NCBI GenBank assembly: GCA_052426225.1
Contig: JBNJNM010000015.1
Span: 1 to 64,000, forward strand
Reading direction: 5' to 3'
DNA length: 64,000 nucleotides
From: Zancudomyces culisetae HAW-14-8
Taxonomy: Eukaryota > Fungi > Kickxellomycota
Position 1 is the first letter of the stretch; each line of letters starts with the position of its first letter. The translations under genes and the position numbers were made by a program. This document shows, one piece after another, positions 45,688-56,415 of the stretch. The notes beneath the pieces were generated by a model. The model did no database searches and was not told the origin of the DNA. It worked only from the letters and a program-made list of their open reading frames with translations.

Positions 45688-46106
45688 TTAGTTAAAAGGT
45701 GTATTAAAGATTACTCGTTGGGGGCAGTACCCATTGACACCCATAATAATTGAAAGTGGACCAGATTTGAGATCTTCAGGGAAATTCCACAGACCAGTTT
45801 GTAAAAACCTGGTATTTACTGTACACACACCTCTACAGTCGTTTTCTCTGCATACTAACATTCCTCCTGACCTATCCGTGGGATCAAGAAATTGCGCTGA
45901 GGCGCCCTGCTCAATGTTATAACACTTGTGTTTTCTCATTTGGAAGTCGTTTATTACATCTCCTGAAAAGCGGTAGCTGAGAATACTTTAACGTGTAAGG
46001 TTGGTCGAGAGGACCCATGGTGGTGATGATGGCAATGGCCTGATACTAGCAGGGTTTGAGTAGCTGACAGAAGCTGGATAGCCAATGTATAACTTGAAAC
46101 GCGCAT
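45688..46106 (-). pseudogene. Small secreted His-tract, Cys-rich protein with a single frameshift (pseudogene or assembly indel)
   Basis: ATG 46106: MRVSSYTLAIQLLSATQTLLVSG-HCHHHHHGSSRPTLHVKVFSA, then a frame change near 45975 into RFSGDVINDFQ-MRKHKCYNIEQG...CRENDCRGVC...YCPQ (ORF 45688-45939). Total 419 nt, one short of 140 codons. Confidence 0.7.
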
Positions 46107-47390
46107 TTTTAGAGGTTTTCTTTTTCAGGAATGAACTTTGTCGTTATTTTGATCTTGTCTCGTTTAGTTAAGGATGGAATTAAGATTAAAGCTATAATAT
46201 CGCTATTTATACTCTATTGCTACTAAACATAAACAGTGTATTAATAATTTTTTTGATAAGATAATCAATAGTATTAAATAGAGGTAACATTAATGCAAAT
46301 TGAAGGCAAGTATTCCAGTATTATTAGGTGAAACCATTTGCTTGTGCGTCATTTTTTAGCTATACTTGATATACTTTTATATACAAAGTGGAATATATAT
46401 ATATATGATTTGAAACAGCTAATTTAAAATATTCGATAATAATTTAACGAATAGGTAGCTGAAGAAAATATTCCAGTACCAATCTAATAAAATCCCACCT
46501 TTATGAAGCCCAAACTGTCAAAAAAAATATTTTTGTTTTTTGTTTTATCCAAAGATTTTTTGGAACAGAGTGTTTTTAAATATTTCAATGTGCCGAATAA
46601 TAAAATATTATGATTAGATAATGAAACTATATAAGATTGTTATATACAAAATCTTGATAAAAATCTGTGTTGTTTCAATTTTTAGTGTAAATCAAAAATT
46701 ATTTCCTATAATCTTGTTCTTGTCGTTTAATCACACACAATAAGATTAGGTAAAACATTAATCTATGAATTGTGAATTTAACTTTAGAAACTTTATTCAT
46801 TATATAAATTTAATGACGTATATCATAGTATAAGTTTTATAAAATATAACTAAAAAACAAATGTACAATCCTATTAAATCGATTTCTGTATTTCTTGCAT
46901 TTCTTCTCATTTTCAATAATGAATATAGATATTTTGTGTGATAAAATATCATTTGAATGCATGCATAGATATAATTTTTTTATTTAAGCAAATATTCCTT
47001 ATTTAAAAAAGTATTTGTTTTATCTTTATACTTTCAATACTTTACTAAAAGTAGCTCATCAAAATTACTTATACCAGAAATTAAAGCTTTTACCTGATAT
47101 AATAATAATCTTTACTGAATTTTTAAAACTATTTGCTATTTGTGTAACACATAAATAATAACTAAATTTTCATTTTAACATTTTAATCGCTGCACCCCAT
47201 TATTATGGTTTTTTTACCATAACCTTGAAAAAACTATTATTTAGTATAATTTTATTAAATGAAAATTAAATATCTATTAATAACGTAGTAAACCAATTAA
47301 AACTGAAAGCTCGGAAATATAGTCTAGAAATGTTTAAATGTAATTATTTGGCATATCAATAGAAAATAGAACCTAACCACAGATCTAGTT

Positions 47391-48242
47391 CTATTGATAG
47401 ACCACAGCTGCAATTGGACTAATACCCAACTCAGGTGAGGTAGCAGTAGGTGTTTCAACTGGAGCGGGAGCCTCGGTTGGCGCGGGAGCTTCGGTTGGTG
47501 CAGGAGCTTCAGGTTTTCCATGACAGGGGCGGTGGTGATGATGATGATGATGACAGGGGCGGTGGTGATGATGATGATGATGACATGGTGGAGGTGGTGG
47601 AGGTGGTGGAGGTGGTGGAGGTGGTGGAGGTGGTGGAGGTGGTGGAGGTGGTGGAGGTGGTGGAGGTGGTGGAGGTGGTGGGGGTGGTGGGGGTGGTGGG
47701 GGTGGTGGGGGTGGTGGGGGTCTGCATATTGGTCTGTGTATTGGTCTGTGTATTGGCCTGCATATTGGTCTGTGTATTGGTCTGCATATTGGTCTGCATA
47801 TTGGTCTGCATATTGGTCTGCATATTGGTCTGCATATTGGTCTGCATATTGGTCTGCATATTGGTCTGCATATTGGTCTGCATATTCGATGGTGGTGATG
47901 GCAACGATGATGATGGCGATGGTGGCAGAAAGGTCTACATATTGGCCTGCATACTCTACGACAACACTTGAGGTCTACAGATCCTGCATTGTTGCTTGAA
48001 ACGCGAATGTTGTTGGTAGCTACTTTATCTTTGTTTATTTGCATACTTTGTGTGAGGCTGCGCTGGCCATCGGTGGACATATTCAACCCTACATTTTCAT
48101 TCTTTTTTAACATTTTCCCTACATTCTTAGCATTTTGAAGTGATAGTTGCCCAATATTTTTTATCTGCTTAATTTCATTTCCTTGGGGATGAGCAGACAC
48201 AGAAAAGAGTGCAGCAAGACATAACAATTGGATTTTAACCAT
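47391..48242 (-). CDS. Secreted Cys/Arg/Pro/His-rich repeat protein (CRPI repeats, Pro45, His tracts)
   Basis: Signal peptide MVKIQLLCLAALFSVSA; ~14 [CH]RPI units; 45 consecutive Pro codons (47586-47720); two CH7 tracts; EAPAPT repeats. Confidence 0.88.
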   Translation of the reverse strand: MVKIQLLCLAALFSVSAHPQGNEIKQIKNIGQLSLQNAKNVGKMLKKNENVGLNMSTDGQRSLTQSMQINKDKVATNNIRVSSNNAGSVDLKCCRRVCRPICRPFCHHRHHHRCHHHHRICRPICRPICRPICRPICRPICRPICRPICRPICRPIHRPICRPIHRPIHRPICRPPPPPPPPPPPPPPPPPPPPPPPPPPPPPPPPPPPPPPPPPPPPPCHHHHHHHRPCHHHHHHHRPCHGKPEAPAPTEAPAPTEAPAPVETPTATSPELGISPIAAVVYQ

Positions 48243-51200
48243 CCTGTGTTTTTGAAATTTTCTATACTTTGTAAACCAGGGCCTTTTATCTGCGCGAATA
48301 CTTAATCTAATAAAAGTAAGAATATCTCCAATTGTATACTGCTTAAACTTTTATGTATTGACCTGGATTCTAGTAATTGAAGTAATATTATGCTCTAATT
48401 TTGCTTTTATATTTTGTCACTTGCTATAGTTTTCCGCTCAGCTGATTGCAAAGTGAGTTGATATTGAGCTACTTTAACTGCGTTTTCTGTCATTATTTAT
48501 ACTTTTTCTAGATGATGGTTTAATTTTATTATTCATATTTTTTGCTACTTATTTATCGATATTATTGCTGATTGTGTGTTTTTTGTTTTTTATCTTCAAT
48601 TGATATTTAACCCCGAATATTTATTTTGAACTTAGCAGAAAAATTTAATTATGTCTAGTTACTATCACGGAGTATTCTAGACTCGAACCATTTAATTACC
48701 AGCAGAGTATTAGTATTTACAAAAAAAAAACACGCTCCAACGTTTAAATTTCAACCACTTATCTATTCAACTCTATTATTTTGAGATTTAGATCTGGATC
48801 CGTAGTTAGAAAAAAGATTATTAAAATGGAATCCTTTTAATTTTTAAACGTGTATTTATATTGACTAGTTCTTAACCAATATTCTAGAAAATAACCTTAA
48901 CTAATGAGATATTAAGCATTCAAAAACGAAAAAAAATTTAAACTCCATAACTATTTGTTTAATAACCATTTTAACGAGATGTGTCAGCCTAGAAGCTAGT
49001 TCAAATTTGATTTTTGCACTGCCATTTACCATAGTTTTTTTTGGTAAAATTCAAATGTAAAATAATATTTTCTGCTCAATTTTTAGACATTGAAATTATA
49101 CTTTGTATTTAGTAGAACTGTGTAAAGACGGCTCTTTTTGGAATATTACCCCATACATTTATTTATCTAAGCGAATGGAATTTGAATTTATTTTTTTTCA
49201 TTTGAAGAAAATTTAGCATATTGGAGTTATAGATAATTTTTCATTTTTTTTAGTTCTTAATACCTTTAACAGCTATAGCAAAGCCTTTTAAATATGATAT
49301 TTGGTGTTTTGTATTAATACTGTATTTTATATATTCGGTTTTAATTGATATTAGTTTAGCTTATCTGGAGATTATTTTTTTTTCAATCTCAAGTAAAATT
49401 TAAGAATGCTATTGACAAAGTCACTTTACTCTTAAATTCCAGTATACATAAGCATGTTGTCATCATCCTTCGCGTATTTTTAAATTTTCAAATGGGTATC
49501 TACTCATTTCTAATCATCCATTTGTCATTCGAAATTTTTTTGTTTATTGAATAAGCTGGAATTTATTATTTTATTTATATATATCATAACAGAGTATCAA
49601 GAAAATTTATAGACGATGATGAATTCAAGCATCCAACTGTTAAATTTAATACTTTAAGAATACAAATTCTGATTCCGATTACAGCCTAGTTAACTTGTTA
49701 TGGGGTTTTATCACTTTTATTAAATGTACTTTTTTTTTGAATCATTGTAAGTGTATATAATTACCTAATTATAAGCAAAAAAAGCAAGTATGCTACGCAT
49801 GACAAATACAAGAACAATATTAAATTGAAGCTCCAAGTTAACGTTGACTTTTATACTAAAGTAGCATAGTTAAATTGTGCTTCACTTTCCTGATGCTAGT
49901 TTTTATCAATTAACCAATTACAATAAAACTATGAAAAAAAATACAATAAATACTTTTTACTAAGGTTACACTTACAAGTAAAATGACATGTAGTTAGCCT
50001 GTTAATAGTTTTTTATTTTAGAAACTCGATTCGGCTTTGTTAATCGCTAAAACGAGTTACCAATGAAATAGGCTCAGAGATTTTATCTACTATGAAGAGT
50101 CTGGATTCAAAAAAGATATAACATGGTGTGATAGATTGATTGCGCTCAAGGTTTATATATAATATACAAGATAATTTATAAAACAAATTGAACTTCCAAA
50201 GATGGTAACTTATTAACTTTGAATGTTAGAAAAAGAACAATTGAAAATGTATGTTGAAACTTTTTGGGGGTAGGGCACAGTGTCTCTAACTAGTTTGTAT
50301 TGATTATACTTTTCAAATTTTGATATTTAATTATTAAATATTATAGTAATCTGAAATTTCGAGCCAGTAAAACTCGTAAGTAATGAACAATAAATTGATT
50401 TCAAACCCAATATAGTACCATAAAAATGATTAATTTACATTAGTAGTTTCATTGAATATATGAATAAACTAACTATGATGGTTTATGGTAACTATATAAA
50501 CAATAACTATCAACGATTTGTTTTTTATCTTCTTTATCCATTCTAATGTAGTTTAAAAATATACAAACAATTTTATCGTAGAAGAAAATAGAGTATAGCT
50601 TGGTACTATTTTTGAGAGTACATAATTATATATCAAATAACAACCAAATTATATAAACATATTCAGGATTGTATCAATTGTGTATTTCAGAACTTCGGGA
50701 TTTAAAAACAGGATCTGCTATATTCGTTATCGAGATTTGGCCCAGTTGCTAGAAAATGTTTACTATTGCAATACACAAGTCTTTAGACATCAACGTGTGG
50801 TCATTTTGACTTTATATAATTAATAATAGTTAATAAAACAAACATCTCAATATCATGATTTTACCCTGTTGTTTAAAATTTTGATTTTGCAAAATACTGC
50901 CAATCAATTCGGTTAAAAAATATGGTAGTATTGATGTGACTATTAAACGTATAGCCTTTTAAGTCTAGTAATTCAGTCGAAACAGTGTAGATACGCTTGT
51001 TTCAAATGGGTTTCTAAGCTATACAATACAAGTTAAATGGGCAAATTAACGATAGTTTAAATATATCGGATTGAAGAATTATAAAATAATAGATATTAGT
51101 ATAATAAAACCTACACAATCTATAAACCTTTTAATGATTATATAAAATTTTACCTTTAAAAGTACTGGTGTAATACTGAATATATTGAATAAATATAATT

Positions 51201-53017
51201 AATCACAGCAAAGATAATTCTCACACATTATCTGATTGATCATTCCCCCCATTCCTCATCCATCACTAGGAACTATATAACTGCTCGATGTTTGTTTAAG
51301 TATTTTGGAGTTTATGATTTATCTTTGTATAACGTACAAGAACCTATTAAACTTTTTTTTATTTGCACAAATATTAAAACTTTCCACCTAATACAAATAT
51401 AATTGACAATAGTCAATTATGGTGTATCATTTGTCTCTAAACAGACATAACCTAATAGATAGACAGGGTTTCTTAATATTTTTTAGACTGAGGCGTCTAG
51501 ATTATTACTTAGTATTTTTCATGATACGATCATATTCATACTACTAAGAAACATAATTGATCATTTATAGAAAATACACTTGAAATTTAAACTGGACTTA
51601 AATATTTTGCTATGAATTAGGTTTCTGTTTCACAAAAAAAACAAAAGTATAAATTCCTATATAAATTTTAGAAAAACCAAAGCAAAGATGTGGTTTTTGG
51701 TAAGTCTTGCCACTCATTATATAATTTAACACTACTTGGATAGTATCCTAGTTTAAATTAAATATAAGCGTGACCTTTTCTACTCTCTGATCTTTTTATT
51801 TCTTACATGCGAGTCCGCACTTTCAACACAAACAGTTGGATAGGGTACTGAGGGAGATATCACACTTGACACTCAACTTTTTATGTTGGGTGCCTTAAAA
51901 AAATCAAAACTATCGGGAACTTTTCTAGTAACTAATGAAGATGTAAAAAATAAATCGTCAGTTGATAATAATAAGGACCCAAAATATAACACAACGAAAC
52001 TGTTTAAAACATACAACTTATTAAACAGAAAAGGTTTCAAATTCTAAATAAAAAATTGTATCCTTGGCTCAAACTTTTTATGTAGGTCTAAATATGGTCT
52101 TTATACATTGACTACCATTGTATATGTTTTCCATCATATATTTGAATTTCGAAACGTTTGATATTTATTTGAGTGAAATTCAATAATTCTAAGGGTGGTA
52201 AATCATACACAAGACTCATCAACTTGCTCGATGAGGCTGAGTCATTACTTAAATGTGAAAGTGGTTTCGCAAATAAGGTAAACCGCCTATGAAAAGGGTA
52301 GTAATTTTGACCAATCATGCTATTCATGATACCCAATTTCTTCAAATCTGTCTCAAGTGCAGACTAAGCTACTTTTTGATTGTAGAGATGTTAAGAGTTG
52401 TCTATTAGCATGAAAAAGGGTTTAAATGACTGATTCTAATTGGTTAATCTAATATGATTAGGCTGTTACTATTTTTTTTATTAATGCTAGTATAAGAACT
52501 GTTATTATTTGTTAGTTAATTTGCAATAATATTCACTACTCGAATAGTTTATACTATATCTGTTGGTTAGCACTTTATAATTTTAGTTTAATATATTTTT
52601 TGTCATCGCAATAGATATATTTACTTATATAATTTGATCAAACCGATTGAATTATTATTTCTTAAATGAATGGTAGTAATTTTTACATCAATTACTTTCT
52701 TTATAGGTTTTAATTTCTTAGCTCAATATTGTTCAAAAATGAATTATTACCATGTGTCTATAAAGCAGATAGAAACGAGGGAAAATTTATATATTAAAAG
52801 GCGGTATGATGGGTATTAATAGAAAAACAAAAAGATTTATTGTAAATAAACAAATGTAAACCTATTTTTATGACTATATTGGTAAGTTTATTTGAGAAAG
52901 AGTGATAATATGTTTAAGAAGACTAAAAATATAAATTTTAACACTACAATGTGATCAAAGCATATTTTTATAAAGATTACTTGATCTCAGTATTTTGTAA
53001 AGAAAAAAAACTAAAGT

Positions 53018-54118
53018 ATGAAATCTAAAACTAGGTATATTTTGATAATATCTATACTTACTTCATTCATTATTACTTCAACTTTTGTTCTTTACAAACT
53101 GTTAAGAAGGAATGGTGTGGGGAAACGGGATATAGTAGAAATTGTAAGAAAAGTAAAAATTGAATCGATCCGACCTGCAGAGCTTTGTTCTACAGATGCC
53201 CGGATAGACTTTGATAAAAACAGAGAGGTGTATGGAAGATATTTTCCGCTTTTTGCTTCAAGCCTCGACTATGTTGTTTATGAATATTCCGTTCGAAACA
53301 AGGTATATTACTACAGAAAGGAGGAGAAAATTGACAAACATACAATACACCCAAAGTATTTTTTTGCTGCAAGTCTGCACAACAATGAGGAAATACTTCC
53401 ACAATTTATGCAAGAGCTGCTAAGGGTATTCGAATTTTTGGGATTTGAAAATGTGTTCATATCGATATACGAAAACGGTTCTACTGATAAAACTAGAGAA
53501 ATGTTAGAAAGCTTTTCAGCTCGTCTGGAAGAATACAAGGTTCAGCATAGGCTTAATATGAAGAATTCAAAACGCCCTAAAAACTCTCACAGAATAGAAT
53601 ATTTGGCAAATGTTAGAAACAAGGCACTGGAGCCATACTATGAGTTTAGCGAGAAAAAAAGGCAGCAAAGGATGTTAAGCGGTGATCGAAACATGGAGTT
53701 TGATAAAATTATATTTATCAATGATATTATGTTTTGCAGGAACGATATACTGGAACTGATTCTCCAATCTAATAACAACCAGGCAGATATCACATGTCCA
53801 ATGGATTTGGACTACTATGACAAAACAGATTCATCAGGAAATAAGATCCCAATAAAGACATTCCGTGATACATGGGTGGCGAGAGATATAAAGGGTGATG
53901 CGTTCAGAAAAAACATAAAGGATCTAACTACCGACAGCGAATCAAACAAAAGAGCAGAAAAGGGGCTACCATTTCAAGTTCAATGCTGTTGGAATGGAGT
54001 TGTAGTATTAAATCCAAAGCCATTTGACAATCCGTTTAATCTAAGGTTTAGGAGATCAGTCCTTAATACAACCGAATGTGCAGCATCAGAGTGCTCACTA
54101 CTTTGCAACGATTATTAA
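53018..54118 (+). CDS. CMT1: CAP59/CMT1-family alpha-1,3-mannosyltransferase (GT69), type II membrane protein, probably 3'-truncated
   Basis: N-terminal TM; motifs FFAASLHNNE, FISIYENGSTDKT, RIEYLANVRNKALEP, IIFINDI..C..DILEL, RDTWVARD, VQCCWNG, CAASECSLLCND. The stop abuts a LINE fragment. Confidence 0.88.
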   Translation: MKSKTRYILIISILTSFIITSTFVLYKLLRRNGVGKRDIVEIVRKVKIESIRPAELCSTDARIDFDKNREVYGRYFPLFASSLDYVVYEYSVRNKVYYYRKEEKIDKHTIHPKYFFAASLHNNEEILPQFMQELLRVFEFLGFENVFISIYENGSTDKTREMLESFSARLEEYKVQHRLNMKNSKRPKNSHRIEYLANVRNKALEPYYEFSEKKRQQRMLSGDRNMEFDKIIFINDIMFCRNDILELILQSNNNQADITCPMDLDYYDKTDSSGNKIPIKTFRDTWVARDIKGDAFRKNIKDLTTDSESNKRAEKGLPFQVQCCWNGVVVLNPKPFDNPFNLRFRRSVLNTTECAASECSLLCNDY

Positions 54119-54766
54119 TTGTGCCGTTACCAGCTCAACCAAAGACGGTGATTCGGTTTCTCTCTTCTTAACGGAGAGAGTAACCATTCTTTTTGACTCC
54201 CCTCCAAGGAGTCGCCCTACAAAAAAACTCCGCCATCCTTCACTACCACCTCTCTCCTCACTTCCTACAGTTGACATATCTGGGATACGTTCCAGAGTTT
54301 TATACCTAACTCCAGTCCAGTATTTACAGTCCAGTAGCATATGTTCAATAGTTTCTGCGCTGTTTTTTTTACAAAATGGGCACCTAGTTTTGAACTTTTC
54401 ATCCATTGTTCCCAGTTTTGCCAGGCTCTCTGCTGTCCAGAACCTACCTGTTCTTATTCTCCCTATCTCCATAAGCCCCTGCTTATGCTCAGGGTATATA
54501 AGTTGTAGGTAAATTCAATTACCCATTGCCTCGAGATTCCTGTCTAATAACCATCTCGAGATTTTAGACTTGTCATTACGAGAATATAGTTCTAATAGTA
54601 CGCTCCTCGTTGTTTTGCCCTTTTCCGATCCAATATATTTTTTCATCCGTTTTTTCGTTCCCGTAACCCAAGTGTTGGATCTGTTTGACATTGGGATTAA
54701 AATTAAATCAGCAATCCATGTTTTTAGTGTTGGCCATTTCTCAAACGCTCTTTCCCTCCAAACTCT
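54119..54766 (-). mobile_element. LINE C-terminal fragment (duplicate of 18548-19195)
   Basis: Identical ORF with CPFC..ETIEHMLLDC. Confidence 0.85.
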
Positions 54767-55098
54767 TTATTAAACGGAAAGTTGGCTTAGCACTTTATTG
54801 TAAGCCATAATTTTATATATACATAAACTCGAATACAAAAATGATAGCAGTTAAAAAACAACTTTACTTCAGCTTTTTCGTTGTCGGACTTTTTTTGTAT
54901 CATAGATTTATTAAATAAACATTATTTAAATTTTCGGTTCATGAAACATGTAGAAACCAACACTAAAAAATAACACCTGCTTTAATAAATTCTCCATATC
55001 CCTCTAAGGGCTCTAAATTCATTGAGCGTTATTCTAATGAGGTTTTTTTTTCATAAAAAATGTAATCTATTACATTTTAAGCTGATAAACTCAAGAGT

Positions 55099-56415
55099 TT
55101 AGTACATAAGGTATTTGGATCTGAGTTGAGTAAAGGCAGCAACATCAGCTTGGTATGAGCTGACAATTGTTGGGTAGCTGGCCCCTTCGTTCAAGAAGTT
55201 TCTCAACTTTGTGTTTCCTGACAATTTGTCAATGAAGTTGGTTGCCAAGATTGTAAAGTTTGCTGGGAATTGGTTTCTGATGGTTGAAAGTGCTGCAATT
55301 GCAGATGTAATTGGGCGATAGGTTCTGCGGTCGCTAACGTAAACTTGCAATCCACCACATTCAACTCCAGAGAACTTAGAGAATGATGGTGTGAAGTAGA
55401 AAGGTCTGAAGATGACTCCTGGAAGTTTGTATGAGTTAAGTGTCTTTACCAATGTGTCAAGTGCAAGATCTTTCATGAATGGTGCTCCGACAGTTTCAAA
55501 TGGTCTGGTTGTTCCACGGCCTTCGCTCAAGTTGGTTCCTTCAAAGAGTGATTGACCTGGGTATACCATGGCTGTTGATGGTGTTGGCATATTTGGTGAT
55601 GGCATGATCCATGGGAGACCGGTTTGATCAAAGTACATGCTACGTTCCCATCCTGTCATTTTGATGACTTGGAGATCAATCTTCTTGACTGCTGTGTTGT
55701 TGAGCTGTACTTCATTTGGCAAGAATTCCTCGTTAAACAATGTTGCAAGTTCACCAACAGTCATGCCGTGTTGTTGAGCGATTTCGCGTCTTCCGACAAA
55801 TGAGGCGTTTTGAAGTTGGAGAGTAGCTCCATCAACAACCAACCCTCCGACTGGGTTTGGTCTGTCGAGAACTATAAACTTCTTTTTGGCAAGGGCAGCG
55901 CCGACCATTGCATCATACATAGTCCAGATGTATGTGTAGAATCGGGCTCCGACATCCTGGATATCGAAAACCAAAGTGTCAGCTTCCATTTGGTTGAATG
56001 CGTTAGCCCATTGCGAGCCATTGGTAAATGCATATCCGTCATATACTGTAAGGTTAGTAATGACATCACGGTATGTGGCTGCTCCGAGTGATTCTCCTGC
56101 TTGAGCTGCTCCACGGAATCCGTGCTCTGGTCCGACGACACCAACAATCTTCATCTTATTTTGTGCAACGAGATAATCTACCTCATGTACCAGATTTCTA
56201 TTTACTGCTGTTGGATTTGTGATGAAACCATAGCTTGACTTGAAGTCAAAGTCAGGAGATTTCATCATTTCAAGCCAGTTTTCAAATCCGGTTTTAACGT
56301 TTCCTACTGGGCTTCCTGTGTCTGGGCAGTGGGTGTTGTCCACGGGGTAGCGTGGCTTGCATTTTGCTGCAGCGGTTACAGACGCCAAAAGTGACACTAT
56401 TGTCGTAAACTTCAT
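55099..56415 (-). CDS. namZ: Secreted exo-beta-N-acetylmuramidase NamZ-like protein (DUF1343/YbbC, GH171), copy 2
   Basis: Translation identical to copy 1, same motifs and signal peptide. Confidence 0.93.
   Translation of the reverse strand: MKFTTIVSLLASVTAAAKCKPRYPVDNTHCPDTGSPVGNVKTGFENWLEMMKSPDFDFKSSYGFITNPTAVNRNLVHEVDYLVAQNKMKIVGVVGPEHGFRGAAQAGESLGAATYRDVITNLTVYDGYAFTNGSQWANAFNQMEADTLVFDIQDVGARFYTYIWTMYDAMVGAALAKKKFIVLDRPNPVGGLVVDGATLQLQNASFVGRREIAQQHGMTVGELATLFNEEFLPNEVQLNNTAVKKIDLQVIKMTGWERSMYFDQTGLPWIMPSPNMPTPSTAMVYPGQSLFEGTNLSEGRGTTRPFETVGAPFMKDLALDTLVKTLNSYKLPGVIFRPFYFTPSFSKFSGVECGGLQVYVSDRRTYRPITSAIAALSTIRNQFPANFTILATNFIDKLSGNTKLRNFLNEGASYPTIVSSYQADVAAFTQLRSKYLMY

Noticed and set aside
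47450-47999. WWR/WSAY/VCIL/MQTN repeat ORFs
   Set aside because: Shadow frames of the CRPI/poly-Pro gene.
51700-52400. Coding-like stretch with short ORFs on both strands
   Set aside because: Multiple stops and no recognisable motif; may be a pseudogene but cannot be assigned.
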